The notes under the pieces are model-generated. The model was not told where the DNA came from. It searched no databases and saw only the letters and a program-made list of their open reading frames with translations. DNA of 64,000 bases from positions 203,523 to 267,522 of the forward strand of contig CAJQIG010000004.1 in assembly GCA_905478415.1 (NCBI GenBank), given 5' to 3'. Positions 28,446 to 38,594 of the stretch are shown in pieces. Origin of the DNA: an uncultured Patescibacteria group bacterium. GTDB taxonomy: Bacteria; Patescibacteriota; Microgenomatia; UBA1400; PJMF01. Numbering within the stretch: position 1 is the first letter of the stretch; the number at the start of each line of letters is the position of its first letter. The position numbers and the translations under genes were made by a program.

Positions 28446-30104
28446 TTATAAATCGAGAATGACGGGAACAATCAATGGTTCTCTACGAATAATCTTATAG
28501 AGCTTGCGTGAAAGGCGTTTCTCGATTAATCGCTTGAGTTGCTCATCATTCTTATATTCTCTAGAGCTAGCAATCTTGGCTGATTCAGTCTTAATGAACT
28601 CAACTACTTCGTCCGCGTCCTTCATAAACACAAACCCTTTTGAAATAACTTGCATGTGTCCCAGATCAAATTCAGATTTTCTCCGTGGTAAAACCACAAC
28701 GACAATTCCTGATTGTCCCAAGGCTTTTCTATCAGCCAAGACAATTGGACCGACATCGCCAATACCTAATCCATCAATGATTTGAGGTTTCAGAGTAATT
28801 TGGTCAACAACACTAAAGGTTCTATTTGAGAAACCGAGCACTTCACCACTTTCTGGTAACAATGTAGTATTCTCATCATAGCCAAGTGCTTCAGCAACTT
28901 TATGGTAAAACAAGACTCTGTGTCGATCTGCACCACCAACTGGCATTAAATACTTTGGTCTGACTGCTTCAACAATAGCTTTCTGTTCTGGCAAACTGGC
29001 ATGACCAGATTTGTGAAGCCCGTGGTTAATGGCTGGATACACCACTTGGACATTATTTCGTGAAAGTTCATCAATGGCTCCGTAGAACGTAAGTTCGTTT
29101 CCTGGAATCGCATCTGCCGAAAAGACGACGGTATCTTGTGGCTTGATGTGCAAAATTCTGTGTTCACCAAAAACGGCACGCATCAGTGAGGATCCTTCTT
29201 GTCCCTGACTTCCTGCCACAATCACACAGAGATCATCGTCAGCAACTTGTTCGATGTGTTTCTTGTCGACTTTAAGACCTTCTGGAATTTCTAACTTACC
29301 AAGGCGAAGAGCCACTTCGACATTTTGCTCAACACTTCGACCAATAAATACTACTTTACGGTTATACTTTTTAGCTGCATTAATTGTCTGTTGAATTCTA
29401 TGCAAGTGAGAACTCATGAGGGTCATCACAAACTTACCGTGAGTCTGCTCCATGACTTCTTCGATGGCAGGACCAACGGTTGACTCTGACTCGACCCACT
29501 CATCGTACTCAATTCTGAGACAATCAATAAGCATCAAAAGAACTTCTTTATCCTTGAGAGCTTCGATCGCAGCCATGTCTGTTTTAATTCCATCAACTGG
29601 AGCTTGATCAAGTTTGAAATCACTGCCATGGTATACCAATCCTTCTGGGGTATCGATCACAATGTGGCGAGTGTCAGGAACTGAGTGAGTGACAGGAATT
29701 AGATAGGCTGAAAAATGGGTACCGATTTCAAATGATTCGGAGCCCTTAATAGTAGTAATTGTTCTGTTGACTTTACCATCACTCATACGCTGTTCTGCAA
29801 AACCTGCAGTTAAAGGAGACGCAAAGATTGGAAATTCTGGCAGCGTTGGCATGATGTATGGCGTAGCCGCAATATGATCATCATGTCCATGGCTCAAAAT
29901 CATACCCACAATTTTTGAACCTTCTTCTAGGCGTTTAAGTAAATAGCTTGTATCTGGAATGAGGATATCAACACCAGGCATATGAGTGTCTGGAAAGCCG
30001 ATTCCACAGTCAACAATTAAAATTTCATCTTCATATTCATACAAGAACATGTTTTGCGTTACATGCCCCATTCCGCCGAGCGGTACAATTTTTAAATTTT
30101 TCAT
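28446..30104 (-). CDS. rnj: Ribonuclease J
   Basis: PLGG, VDCG, SHGHDDH, HSVPD, GSQG, SGHA. Confidence 0.95.
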   Translation of the reverse strand: MKNLKIVPLGGMGHVTQNMFLYEYEDEILIVDCGIGFPDTHMPGVDILIPDTSYLLKRLEEGSKIVGMILSHGHDDHIAATPYIMPTLPEFPIFASPLTAGFAEQRMSDGKVNRTITTIKGSESFEIGTHFSAYLIPVTHSVPDTRHIVIDTPEGLVYHGSDFKLDQAPVDGIKTDMAAIEALKDKEVLLMLIDCLRIEYDEWVESESTVGPAIEEVMEQTHGKFVMTLMSSHLHRIQQTINAAKKYNRKVVFIGRSVEQNVEVALRLGKLEIPEGLKVDKKHIEQVADDDLCVIVAGSQGQEGSSLMRAVFGEHRILHIKPQDTVVFSADAIPGNELTFYGAIDELSRNNVQVVYPAINHGLHKSGHASLPEQKAIVEAVRPKYLMPVGGADRHRVLFYHKVAEALGYDENTTLLPESGEVLGFSNRTFSVVDQITLKPQIIDGLGIGDVGPIVLADRKALGQSGIVVVVLPRRKSEFDLGHMQVISKGFVFMKDADEVVEFIKTESAKIASSREYKNDEQLKRLIEKRLSRKLYKIIRREPLIVPVILDL

Positions 30105-30134
30105 ATATATATTCCTTTTCTGTAAGAATAGCTA

Positions 30135-30947
30135 TTACTTTTTGTTTTTACGTTTTTTAGGGAGAGGAAACAATTGAATGTTATCACCCCACCCAACATG
30201 TAACCAAAGACCCCTAACCTTCTTTGCATGAGCAGATTTATCAAAGAAAAATGAAGCTACCGAAGCACTCAGGAAAAGAAAGAGTGAAAACCAGTAAGCA
30301 CCATGTGCTTGTCTAAACGGTGGATCAAATACAAAGTATAAGATAACGTGGAAAACAAAGATAATGATCAAGAGCAGTTTCATAATTTGCATGAAGTTTC
30401 CTTGGCCTGGATCTGAACCCCAGATTCCAATAAAAGTAAGCAAACCAAAGAATATACCACCGCCAAGTAATCCATAAAATTGGTACACAATATGCATTCC
30501 CTGAAAAGGAATAAAGATATTTACCAGTGCAATAAAAGCCATAAGTGTCATTCCACCAGACCAAATCACAATATGCGTCCAATGTAAGTGAAAGTATTCC
30601 GAAAGATGATATACGTCAAACTCGGGATCATGCGTTCGTTTTAACCAAAACGTCTTAGTAAGTGAGTGCATCGCCAAAGCTGCAAAGGTAAAAAAAGCTA
30701 AAACTGAAAAAATAGTATCAATAACAAATAAACCAGTCATATTAAGTTGAAAAGCTAGCTCACTTCGAAGTAAATAAAAGAGGAATGACTTCATCCATAC
30801 GTACAGCGTAGGAGTCAGTACAAAGAGGTACATAAACTGTACTAAATCTAAGCGAAAAATTTCCCGCCCTTTACCATCTTGAAATTTATAAATACCAAAA
30901 CCAAAGAGAGTGACTAAAAGTGGAATAGAAAGTAAAAGTAGCTTCAT
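30135..30947 (-). CDS. Multi-pass membrane hypothetical protein
   Basis: About 7 hydrophobic segments; SEYFHLHWTH. Confidence 0.75.
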   Translation of the reverse strand: MKLLLLSIPLLVTLFGFGIYKFQDGKGREIFRLDLVQFMYLFVLTPTLYVWMKSFLFYLLRSELAFQLNMTGLFVIDTIFSVLAFFTFAALAMHSLTKTFWLKRTHDPEFDVYHLSEYFHLHWTHIVIWSGGMTLMAFIALVNIFIPFQGMHIVYQFYGLLGGGIFFGLLTFIGIWGSDPGQGNFMQIMKLLLIIIFVFHVILYFVFDPPFRQAHGAYWFSLFLFLSASVASFFFDKSAHAKKVRGLWLHVGWGDNIQLFPLPKKRKNKK

Positions 30948-30967
30948 AACTGTTGTGTAGGCATTTC

Positions 30968-31606
30968 TTAAAAAAGATGAGTAATTACTTCCTCAGAAAG
31001 GTTCTTTGTGGTTTTTTGTTCATCTACCCATGCGATGATCTTCTGTATTTTACCAAAATCTGCAGTAAAAGAGTTCTTAACTTTTGTAGCACGCAGCGCT
31101 GCTGCTGGATGATACATTGGCAATACATATTGCGTTGAACCATTCCATGTAACTCGATGCAATCGACCATGTACTTGAGAAATTTTTACATCTGGCAAAA
31201 ACTTGGCCATACTAAATCTCCCAAGGGTCACAATCAACCGAGGCTTAATAAGTTCGATTTCTCTATCCAAATAGGGTTTATATGCCACTATTTCTTGAGG
31301 AGAAGGGTCCCTATTTTCTGGTGGCCGAGCTTTAACAATATTGGTGATGTAGACTTCTTTTTCTTGTAAGCCTACCTCAGTCATCACTTTACGAAACAAT
31401 TTTCCAGAACGACCTACAAAAGGGCGTCTTTCTACCGTCTCGTGATATCCCGGAGCCTCTCCAATAAAGAATACTCTAGCTGTCTCTGGACCTTCTCCAG
31501 GTATAACTTCAGCAGCTGTTGAAACGAGTGGCAACTGAGCAAATGAAGCCTCTAGCACCTCTTGAAGCTTCTGAATCGTTGCAACTGAGCTAAGATCACT
31601 ATTCAT
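30968..31606 (-). CDS. Uracil-DNA glycosylase family 4 (Cys-free)
   Basis: GEG, IGEAPG, PFVGRSG, RPPENRDP, YHPAA. Confidence 0.92.
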   Translation of the reverse strand: MNSDLSSVATIQKLQEVLEASFAQLPLVSTAAEVIPGEGPETARVFFIGEAPGYHETVERRPFVGRSGKLFRKVMTEVGLQEKEVYITNIVKARPPENRDPSPQEIVAYKPYLDREIELIKPRLIVTLGRFSMAKFLPDVKISQVHGRLHRVTWNGSTQYVLPMYHPAAALRATKVKNSFTADFGKIQKIIAWVDEQKTTKNLSEEVITHLF

Positions 31607-31663
31607 GTGTCTATCCTACCATAAAGCCTGAAAAAAATGAGTTTAACTCAAGAAATATAGAAA

Positions 31664-32725
31664 TTAGTACTGTGGAAGGAAAATTTTCTTATTATCCATG
31701 GTAATTACAATTTCTGAATACCCCTTTTCGACAATAATTCTGGCAGCTTTACGAACAGCTCCTTGCAGCGTTCGCTGCAACGTACGTATACCAGCATCAT
31801 ATCCAAGTGGTCGAGTAATGCTTGGCCAGATATCATCGGCAATTACTAGTTGTTCCGGTTTAAGTCCAGCTTCTTTTATAAGTCCAGGAAGAATGTATTT
31901 TTGAGCAATCACAATCTTTTCGTGATCGGTATATGATGGCATGGTGATTTTTTCCATACGGTCCATCACAGCGGTAGCAATAGCGACCGTATTATTAGCT
32001 GTGGCCAGAAAAATAGCGTGCGATAAATTAACTGGGTAATCAATAAATTCATCTCTAAAAGCCACATTTTGACTTGGGTCGAGTAACTCAACCAACACAC
32101 CCATAATATCTTTGTTGGCATCTTCACTCCCACGATCAATTTCGTCTAAAAGAATGACTGGATTCCGGACTCCTGCATCACAGATGCCTTTAATAATCTT
32201 GCCTGGTTCAGCACCGAGAACGAGCCGAGAATTGCCACGCAACTCTTTTGCCGAACCCATACCTCCAAAAGGAATTCTAACTAGTTCTCGGCCCAAAGCC
32301 TCGGCCAATGAGATTGCAAAAGTAGTTTTACCGGTACCAACTAGACCAACAAGCAATAAAATGGGAGCTCTAAACTCACCGTCACCAAAGTTTTGGTTTC
32401 GAAGTTTTAAAACTGAAACGTACTCAAGAAAACGATCTTTTACATCGTACATTCCGTAGTGGTGTTTCTCAAAGATTTCTATCGTTTTTTGAATATCGAG
32501 CGTATCTTGAGTCTCTTTTTTCCATGGAACTTTCAACACCCATTCGATGTACCGAGAAACTTTTTCATATTTTTCGTCATAGCTACCCAACGCCACACTT
32601 CTCTCGAGTGCAACAATATCCTTGTTGACCTTAGAACGCATTTCTTCAGGTAAATCTGTCACACTAGCAACTGTATCCTTGAGTTCTTGAATCTCTTTCT
32701 CTAGGATTTCTTTATAATCACTCAT
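31664..32725 (-). CDS. Lon-like AAA+ ATPase lacking the Lon N-domain and protease domain
   Basis: HYGM..VKDRFLEY, GLVGTGKT, NPVILLDEID, LLDPSQN, TANN, DRME, GIRTL; stops after the lid domain. Confidence 0.88.
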   Translation of the reverse strand: MSDYKEILEKEIQELKDTVASVTDLPEEMRSKVNKDIVALERSVALGSYDEKYEKVSRYIEWVLKVPWKKETQDTLDIQKTIEIFEKHHYGMYDVKDRFLEYVSVLKLRNQNFGDGEFRAPILLLVGLVGTGKTTFAISLAEALGRELVRIPFGGMGSAKELRGNSRLVLGAEPGKIIKGICDAGVRNPVILLDEIDRGSEDANKDIMGVLVELLDPSQNVAFRDEFIDYPVNLSHAIFLATANNTVAIATAVMDRMEKITMPSYTDHEKIVIAQKYILPGLIKEAGLKPEQLVIADDIWPSITRPLGYDAGIRTLQRTLQGAVRKAARIIVEKGYSEIVITMDNKKIFLPQY

Positions 32726-32755
32726 AGGTTAATGGGTTTCTTATCTAGTTTGTTG

Positions 32756-33277
32756 CTACTTCTCTGAAAAATATCCAGCAAAATGGGCACCAGCATAGAG
32801 ACCGGTGATAATTAAAAACATGCCTCCAGCTAAAATAAGGAGAATGTCGTCAGAGCCTGTCTGTGGAAGTTCTTCTGGAATCTCGATACTCTCTCCCCCT
32901 TTAGTAGTAGCGCTGTCTGTACTTGGGTCAGCAACCGTTAAAGTAAACAGTATACTTTCTGTACCAGATGAAATTGAGACTTCGTATGAACCAGCTGTCG
33001 AAACTGACGTCGGTTGATACTGCCAAGATCCATCTACAGCAGAAGTGGTAGATGCCAATACTGAATCAATATCAAATGATACTATAGCTGAACCTGAAGC
33101 CGTACCAACCAGAAGTGGATTGTATCCTTCATGTGCCCAAGTTGATAAAGAACCACCGGTAGAAATACCACCAATAGTCGTCACTTCCAGTCCCTGAGCG
33201 AATGCGGCTGTTGGAAGCACAAAAGAGAAAATAGCAAATAACACGGGTATAACAATAGGTAGTAAATATCTTTTCAT
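32756..33277 (-). CDS. Secreted Ig-like protein with LPxTG-type sorting motif
   Basis: Signal peptide AFA; DGSWQY Big-like motif; ELPQTG plus hydrophobic helix. Confidence 0.7.
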   Translation of the reverse strand: MKRYLLPIVIPVLFAIFSFVLPTAAFAQGLEVTTIGGISTGGSLSTWAHEGYNPLLVGTASGSAIVSFDIDSVLASTTSAVDGSWQYQPTSVSTAGSYEVSISSGTESILFTLTVADPSTDSATTKGGESIEIPEELPQTGSDDILLILAGGMFLIITGLYAGAHFAGYFSEK

Positions 33278-33287
33278 AGTTCTTTCA

Positions 33288-34223
33288 TTATGACACACTT
33301 TTTACTTTTTCCATATCTCTTAAACGAAGTAAACCAGGTTTAGCACCAACATCTTGAACCACAGAAGCTGCATTTGCCACAGCCCATGCCACAGCAGTTT
33401 CGGGTAATTGACCGCGCAACTGAGCGGCAACATAGGCAGTAATAAAAGCGTCCCCAGCTCCGGTATCATCAATGGATTTGACTGATTTACTTGGAAAGTG
33501 ACGCGAAACTCCTTTTATGATGACTTCGCATCCTTTTTTACCTTCTGTAATCACAATTTGAGGAACATTGGCAACTATTTGATCACGAACTCCTTTTAAA
33601 AGGTTCCATTCTTCCCTATTCACAGAAAAAACCTCAGCCGGCACCGCTGTAATATGAATTTGTTTTGTCTTGAGAAGTGCCAACTCCTTACCACCAGGAT
33701 TCCAAGAAAGCTTATACCTCGGGTACTTTGCTAAGTGTTTGAAAAGTGTAGTGAGCGTATCTAATCGACCAGAAAGGCTCGACAGGTGAATCCACCGCGC
33801 TCGACCAATATGTTCGAGTGGTAAGTCCTTTGGATCAAGCATTGTTGATGCTCCTCGATGTACCAAGATTGTTCGACCGCCATCTCGTCCGATGAGGACC
33901 ACAGATCCCCCCGTTTCTTCTTTCCGTTCTTGAACCACTAAATTGGTGGCTACTTTATTCTTATGAAGATCATCTAATACAATCTTAGAAAAATCATCTT
34001 TGCCTGTTTCACTCACCGCTGCAACTCTGAAGCCAAGACGAGCAAACCCAACGGCTGTATTGCTACCACCGCCGCCACTTCGAATAGTAAAACTCTCGAC
34101 GTCAAGCTTAGCGCCATAGCGTTGGCAAAGCTCAACACCTTGATCTGTTTTACTAACATGAAAATTACTTGATACCACAAAAATATCTACAACAGATGAA
34201 CCAATAGTGATAATGTCGTACAT
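33288..34223 (-). CDS. PfkB family carbohydrate kinase
   Basis: GGGGSNTA, NPG, NREE, DDTGAGDAF. Confidence 0.92.
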   Translation of the reverse strand: MYDIITIGSSVVDIFVVSSNFHVSKTDQGVELCQRYGAKLDVESFTIRSGGGGSNTAVGFARLGFRVAAVSETGKDDFSKIVLDDLHKNKVATNLVVQERKEETGGSVVLIGRDGGRTILVHRGASTMLDPKDLPLEHIGRARWIHLSSLSGRLDTLTTLFKHLAKYPRYKLSWNPGGKELALLKTKQIHITAVPAEVFSVNREEWNLLKGVRDQIVANVPQIVITEGKKGCEVIIKGVSRHFPSKSVKSIDDTGAGDAFITAYVAAQLRGQLPETAVAWAVANAASVVQDVGAKPGLLRLRDMEKVKSVS

Positions 34224-34300
34224 GGGCAGGTACTTCTCTCTCTTTACGTACTGTCCTTAGTGTACTACAGGTAGGCACTGCTTTTCAAAGAGTAGTATTG

Positions 34301-34933
34301 TTACTTTTTTGGAGCTCGAGCAGGCAAACCACATCTGTCAGCTAATTCGTCGGAAAATTCTTTCAGAGCTGCGATCATCTCGTCCTCATTTGTCACAATC
34401 TTATAAACTTTAGCCTCTTTTTCACCGACAAAGAAATGATCGTTAACGACTCGAAGTAAATCGTGCCAAAATTCGCCATATAAAATCAATGGTTTGTGAT
34501 TGCCGTAGTAGAGATGAGCCAACAGCCATGCAGTTGCCCACTCACTCAGCGTACCCGTTCCACCTTCGAAACAAATAAAGGCATCAGCGTGATCCATTAG
34601 GCCAAACATTCGCTCAATATAATTTGATGTCTTGATTTCCACATCGGCTTCATTTTCGGTAAAACGACCTTCAAATTCGGGCATGTCTGTTGGGTAAAAG
34701 GTGACTACTAAGGTGTCGCCATCGGCTGATTCAGCTCCCTTGGTGGCTGCGTCCATTACTCCTGGGCCACCACCATTAACGATGGTGTAGTTATGATAAG
34801 CCAGGTAGCGAGCAACTTTGAAAACATCTTTATAGAGCGGATGGTTTTCATCAACATCAGCACTCCCAAAAATGGCAATGTTCTCGATTGTACATTGTCG
34901 CTGTGGCTTTGGAATTTTAATCGAAGTTTTCAT
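34301..34933 (-). CDS. LOG family protein
   Basis: IFGS, NGGGPGVMDA, ERM, GGTGTLSE. Confidence 0.9.
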   Translation of the reverse strand: MKTSIKIPKPQRQCTIENIAIFGSADVDENHPLYKDVFKVARYLAYHNYTIVNGGGPGVMDAATKGAESADGDTLVVTFYPTDMPEFEGRFTENEADVEIKTSNYIERMFGLMDHADAFICFEGGTGTLSEWATAWLLAHLYYGNHKPLILYGEFWHDLLRVVNDHFFVGEKEAKVYKIVTNEDEMIAALKEFSDELADRCGLPARAPKK

Positions 34934-34963
34934 TTCTGTCCTTTTTCTAGTGCAGTACAACCC

Positions 34964-35641
34964 TTATTTCATCATCCCGTCATATAACGAATCGAATGCT
35001 GCCTCAATATCTTTCGTGTTCCACAATACACTGCCAACCACTACTGTATCAACACCCAGTTCTTCAAGTTTAGAAAGGTGAACTGGCTTGACGCCCCCAT
35101 CAACAATCAACTCAATATCTGGGTTAACTTGATCAAGTAAGGCTCGTGCATCAGCAATCGTTTTATAGGTATGTTCGATAAATTTTTGACCTTGAAATCC
35201 TGCCTGAATACCCATGATTTGCACTACTCGGACATCTTCAAGGGCGCGACGGGAAAGTTCTTCAACTGGAGTATAGGCATCGAGTGAAAGACCTGGCAGC
35301 CAATGTTGCTTCTTTACCTCCTGAACAAAATCCTCTTGTGATGACATCCGTTCGACCTGTCCAATAATCATGTTAAAAGCAACTTCGTCTGCTAATTCCT
35401 TTGCCTCGTAGACATAATCGAGCGGCTCAATGGTCATGAGGTGAAGATCAACTTTAAGATCCTTGAAATTGAATCCGTACAAATCGAGCGGTGAAATAGT
35501 GACGTTGTCAGCATACTCACCGTCAAGTATATCCATCTGCACTGCATCGACCTCATACTCACTACTAAGGGAGTGGAGCAGCTCAAGCTGGTGAGCCACT
35601 ACTTCTGACTGATCACTCAAAATGCTGGGAAGTATTCTCAT
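34964..35641 (-). CDS. rpe: Ribulose-phosphate 3-epimerase
   Basis: ILPSIL, MDILDG, DLHLM, GFQGQKF, VDGG, VVGS. Confidence 0.88.
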   Translation of the reverse strand: MRILPSILSDQSEVVAHQLELLHSLSSEYEVDAVQMDILDGEYADNVTISPLDLYGFNFKDLKVDLHLMTIEPLDYVYEAKELADEVAFNMIIGQVERMSSQEDFVQEVKKQHWLPGLSLDAYTPVEELSRRALEDVRVVQIMGIQAGFQGQKFIEHTYKTIADARALLDQVNPDIELIVDGGVKPVHLSKLEELGVDTVVVGSVLWNTKDIEAAFDSLYDGMMK

Positions 35642-35654
35642 AGTTCTCTCTCTA

Positions 35655-36116
35655 TTACCCTTCTGAAGGTGCTTCTTTCTTTGAAATTTTAGTAATTCTA
35701 CGAACATCTTCTGCCTCAGAAAAAAAGTGAGTATCTAGAAAGACGGTCACCATCTGCAGTGCCTGCTCATCTCTCAGATAGTCAGCTGCCAAAGCTAAGA
35801 CATTGCAGTTGTCTGACTTTCGAGCATGAGAAACTTGATCGGGTTTAAAACCTAACACACACCGAATTCCATCGACTTTGTTGGCGGCAATGCTTGCGCC
35901 AACACCCGAACCACACAGTACTATTCCCATAGTCTGAGGATCCTCACTACTTGCCACAGCTTCAGCTGCAGGAAAAGTATAATCTGGATAATCATCATCT
36001 GGATTAAATACGGTCGCGCCATGGTCAATTACTTCGTGACCAAGCGTTGCCAACTCTTCTCTGAGCCATTCTTTTAACTTAAATCCCCGATGGTCGGTGC
36101 CAATATGTACTGTCAT
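35655..36116 (-). CDS. rpiB: Ribose-5-phosphate isomerase B
   Basis: DHRG, DDYPD, CGSGVG, ANKVDGIR. Confidence 0.93.
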   Translation of the reverse strand: MTVHIGTDHRGFKLKEWLREELATLGHEVIDHGATVFNPDDDYPDYTFPAAEAVASSEDPQTMGIVLCGSGVGASIAANKVDGIRCVLGFKPDQVSHARKSDNCNVLALAADYLRDEQALQMVTVFLDTHFFSEAEDVRRITKISKKEAPSEG

Positions 36117-36172
36117 AGTATATTACCTCTTTCTGCCTCTATTTAGCGGCCCTTAGACCACTCTCGTAAAAA

Positions 36173-36514
36173 TTAATCAAAGCCAAGCTCTGCTCGAGCC
36201 TCTTCAGTCATCATATCAGGAACCCAAGGAGGGTCAAAAGTAAGTTCGACCGTGACATCTCGATTGACATCAAGACCTGGTAGGCCATCAAGCGCATCCT
36301 TAATAAGAGAGTCAAACATTCCCGCCAGCGGACAACCTGGAGTGGTGAGTGTCAGCAGTACATGCACCCAAGGTTTTGTGCCTTCAGACGTCTGAATATC
36401 ACGAGCATCAACTCCATACACTAAACCCATACTCACAATATCGATGTGTAGTTCTGGATCGAGAACGGTTGAAAGTCGCTCCATCACCTGTGCTTCTGTA
36501 ATCGTTGTACTCAT
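36173..36514 (-). CDS. sufT: DUF59/SufT Fe-S assembly factor
   Basis: DPELHIDIVSMGLVY, TLTTPGCP, FDPPW. Confidence 0.9.
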   Translation of the reverse strand: MSTTITEAQVMERLSTVLDPELHIDIVSMGLVYGVDARDIQTSEGTKPWVHVLLTLTTPGCPLAGMFDSLIKDALDGLPGLDVNRDVTVELTFDPPWVPDMMTEEARAELGFD

Positions 36515-36553
36515 AGTGGTATTTTAGCGTAGTTCTGTGACTTTTAGAAACTA

Positions 36554-36584
36554 AAATCCCCCCGAGAGAATCTCGAGGGGATTT
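36554..36584 (-). terminator. Intrinsic terminator
   Basis: AAATCCCCCCGAGA-gaa-TCTCGAGGGGATTT hairpin downstream of the 71-aa gene. Confidence 0.7.
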
Positions 36585-36605
36585 CAGTTTTATTTTAAAA
36601 GATAT

Positions 36606-36821
36606 TTACTTTTTGTCTTTGTCTGATCTCTTAAGAACAGGCATGTTGGTTCTCTTGGTTTCCATAACCTCGTAACCAGCTGGAACAGCTTCGAGTGACC
36701 CTTCACGAATATCGCGAGCGAAGAAGTAGATTCTTTGAATACGACCATTCTTGAGGGTAACCTCTTTGGTGTGAAGATAATACTTTTGTCCCTTAGCATT
36801 TGTGTAACTGAATGCGTTCAT
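36606..36821 (-). CDS. Small basic hypothetical protein
   Basis: SD AAGGAG; own terminator; YTNAKGQKYYLH...IYFF...PVLKR. Confidence 0.8.
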   Translation of the reverse strand: MNAFSYTNAKGQKYYLHTKEVTLKNGRIQRIYFFARDIREGSLEAVPAGYEVMETKRTNMPVLKRSDKDKK

Positions 36822-36961
36822 AATGCTCCTTTATTTTTCTTCCGCTTATTAGATGCGGATATTTACTACTTTTTTAGTGCCGATCAAGTTTTTTGCTTGT
36901 GTTTCTGGCACACTCACTTTTTAACAGTCTAGCACACTCGGCGTGCACATCAAGAAGCAAT

Positions 36962-37471
36962 TTATTCTGTTGCCTCTGGTGCTGCCAATATTGTGTGTAA
37001 CAATACCTCTGATTCTGAGTCAAGAAGTGTGGCTTCATCTCTCACTACAACTTCGAGTGGCAAAAGGTCAGCCGACAAGGCTGCACTGCCAACATAACCA
37101 CCTTTCTTCATCTGTAAATCAAATGCATGACGTGTTGTTTCAGAATCAACTTCTTTGAGCCATACTTGGTAATTTGTACCCTCATTTTCTGGAAGAGTTG
37201 CAGATACAGTAAACGTAACTTTATCATCAGCAACTTCATATCGTACAACACCCGATGAATCTTCAGAAGTACCTTCCATCTCAGCAGTTGTATAATCTCC
37301 AATACTTTCAAGCTCGGCCACTTGCTCCTCGGAAAGGTTTTCAATAATTACCCCTTCACTCAACAGACCTGCTTCCATTCGTTCGGCGCGCATGTTGTAC
37401 CACCTGAAAACGAGTAAAAATACCACACCCAGAACTAATGCTGGGAAAATATATGGCGAAATTTTTTTCAT
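36962..37471 (-). CDS. Membrane-anchored hypothetical protein
   Basis: N-terminal TM; acidic beta domain with YQVWL. Confidence 0.75.
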   Translation of the reverse strand: MKKISPYIFPALVLGVVFLLVFRWYNMRAERMEAGLLSEGVIIENLSEEQVAELESIGDYTTAEMEGTSEDSSGVVRYEVADDKVTFTVSATLPENEGTNYQVWLKEVDSETTRHAFDLQMKKGGYVGSAALSADLLPLEVVVRDEATLLDSESEVLLHTILAAPEATE

Positions 37472-37506
37472 TATGCCCTTCTTTTCTACTATCTTTCGAA
37501 GTCTCT

Positions 37507-38178
37507 TTATTCCGTTGACTCCGAACTACCTGTTACTATAGTTTCAACAGCCGAGAGCAGCTGCGGGGCAGAAGTTTGTACTCCATTCACGTAGAATGTC
37601 GGTGTTCCTGAAATGCCGGCTGTATTACCGTCACTTACATCTCTCTGGATCACTTCGAGTATTGATGGTTCGTTCATTCGTTCTTCAAGCTTAGCTGTAT
37701 CGAGCTCTAGAGCCTGAGCATAGCTTAGGAATGTTTGGAGTAGCTCAGCACCATTTGTACTACCACTCCACTCTGATTGTTTCTCAAATAGAAGGTCGTG
37801 TACTTCCCAAAATTTTCCCTGATCAGCAGCTGCCTCTGCGAAAACCGCTGCAGCTTGCGCATTAGGATGAATACTCACCAATGGATAGTGCCGATAGATG
37901 AATCGAACGTTTTCACCATACTCAGCCATCAGCTGAGTTACAAGAGGCTGTGCGGACTTACAAGCCGGACACTGAAAATCACTAAATTCAACAACGGTGA
38001 CTTGTGCCGACTCAGTAGCACCTTTCACATTTTCTGAACCATTAACGAGGACTGATTCTTCGAGAACCGTGTCACTTCCTGCAGTAGCATTCTGGTCACC
38101 AGAAAACATGAGCGTAACCCCAAAGATCATTAAGAGGGTTATAACAATGGTTCCAACTAAGAGTGGCATATTTTTCAT
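37507..38178 (-). CDS. DsbA/BdbD family thiol-disulfide oxidoreductase
   Basis: N-terminal TM; EFSDFQCPAC, RHYPL, GTPTF. Confidence 0.93.
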   Translation of the reverse strand: MKNMPLLVGTIVITLLMIFGVTLMFSGDQNATAGSDTVLEESVLVNGSENVKGATESAQVTVVEFSDFQCPACKSAQPLVTQLMAEYGENVRFIYRHYPLVSIHPNAQAAAVFAEAAADQGKFWEVHDLLFEKQSEWSGSTNGAELLQTFLSYAQALELDTAKLEERMNEPSILEVIQRDVSDGNTAGISGTPTFYVNGVQTSAPQLLSAVETIVTGSSESTE

Positions 38179-38269
38179 ACGTTATCCTTATATATCACAC
38201 AATTACTAACCATGTCACCTGGTAAAATGCAGAGAAACAGAGGGCACTTACTATAATCAAATGTAAAAA

Positions 38270-38560
38270 CTATTGAGGCCATACTTGTTGACCTGTCTCA
38301 ATATCGGTCACAATTACCGCAGCAGTGGGGCAACTTTGAGCAGCTAAAAGCTTGGTCTGATCGTCATTTCCATCTTGTGACAAAATGATGGCAATACCTT
38401 CTTCGTCTAACTCAAATACTCCCGGAGCAATTGCTACACAACTACCAGCACTTATACATTTGTCTCGAATGACTTCGACTTTATACTTACCAACCATTTT
38501 TGTTTGCACCGTCTTATCATCAGTGTGAACTGTTTTCACTGTATTTGTGTCTTCTGCCAT
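38270..38560 (-). CDS. Ferredoxin, probably [3Fe-4S]
   Basis: CISAGSC...SCPTAAV (CxxAxxC...CP). Confidence 0.88.
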   Translation of the reverse strand: MAEDTNTVKTVHTDDKTVQTKMVGKYKVEVIRDKCISAGSCVAIAPGVFELDEEGIAIILSQDGNDDQTKLLAAQSCPTAAVIVTDIETGQQVWPQ

Positions 38561-38594
38561 AAAGCCTCCTGTATATACTTTTTTTTACTTGTTA

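Noticed and set aside
34964-35641. Rpe first metal-binding His replaced by Gln (QMDILDG), suggesting a pseudogene
   Set aside because: The other ligands and the reading frame are intact and it sits next to rpiB; likely a tolerated variant
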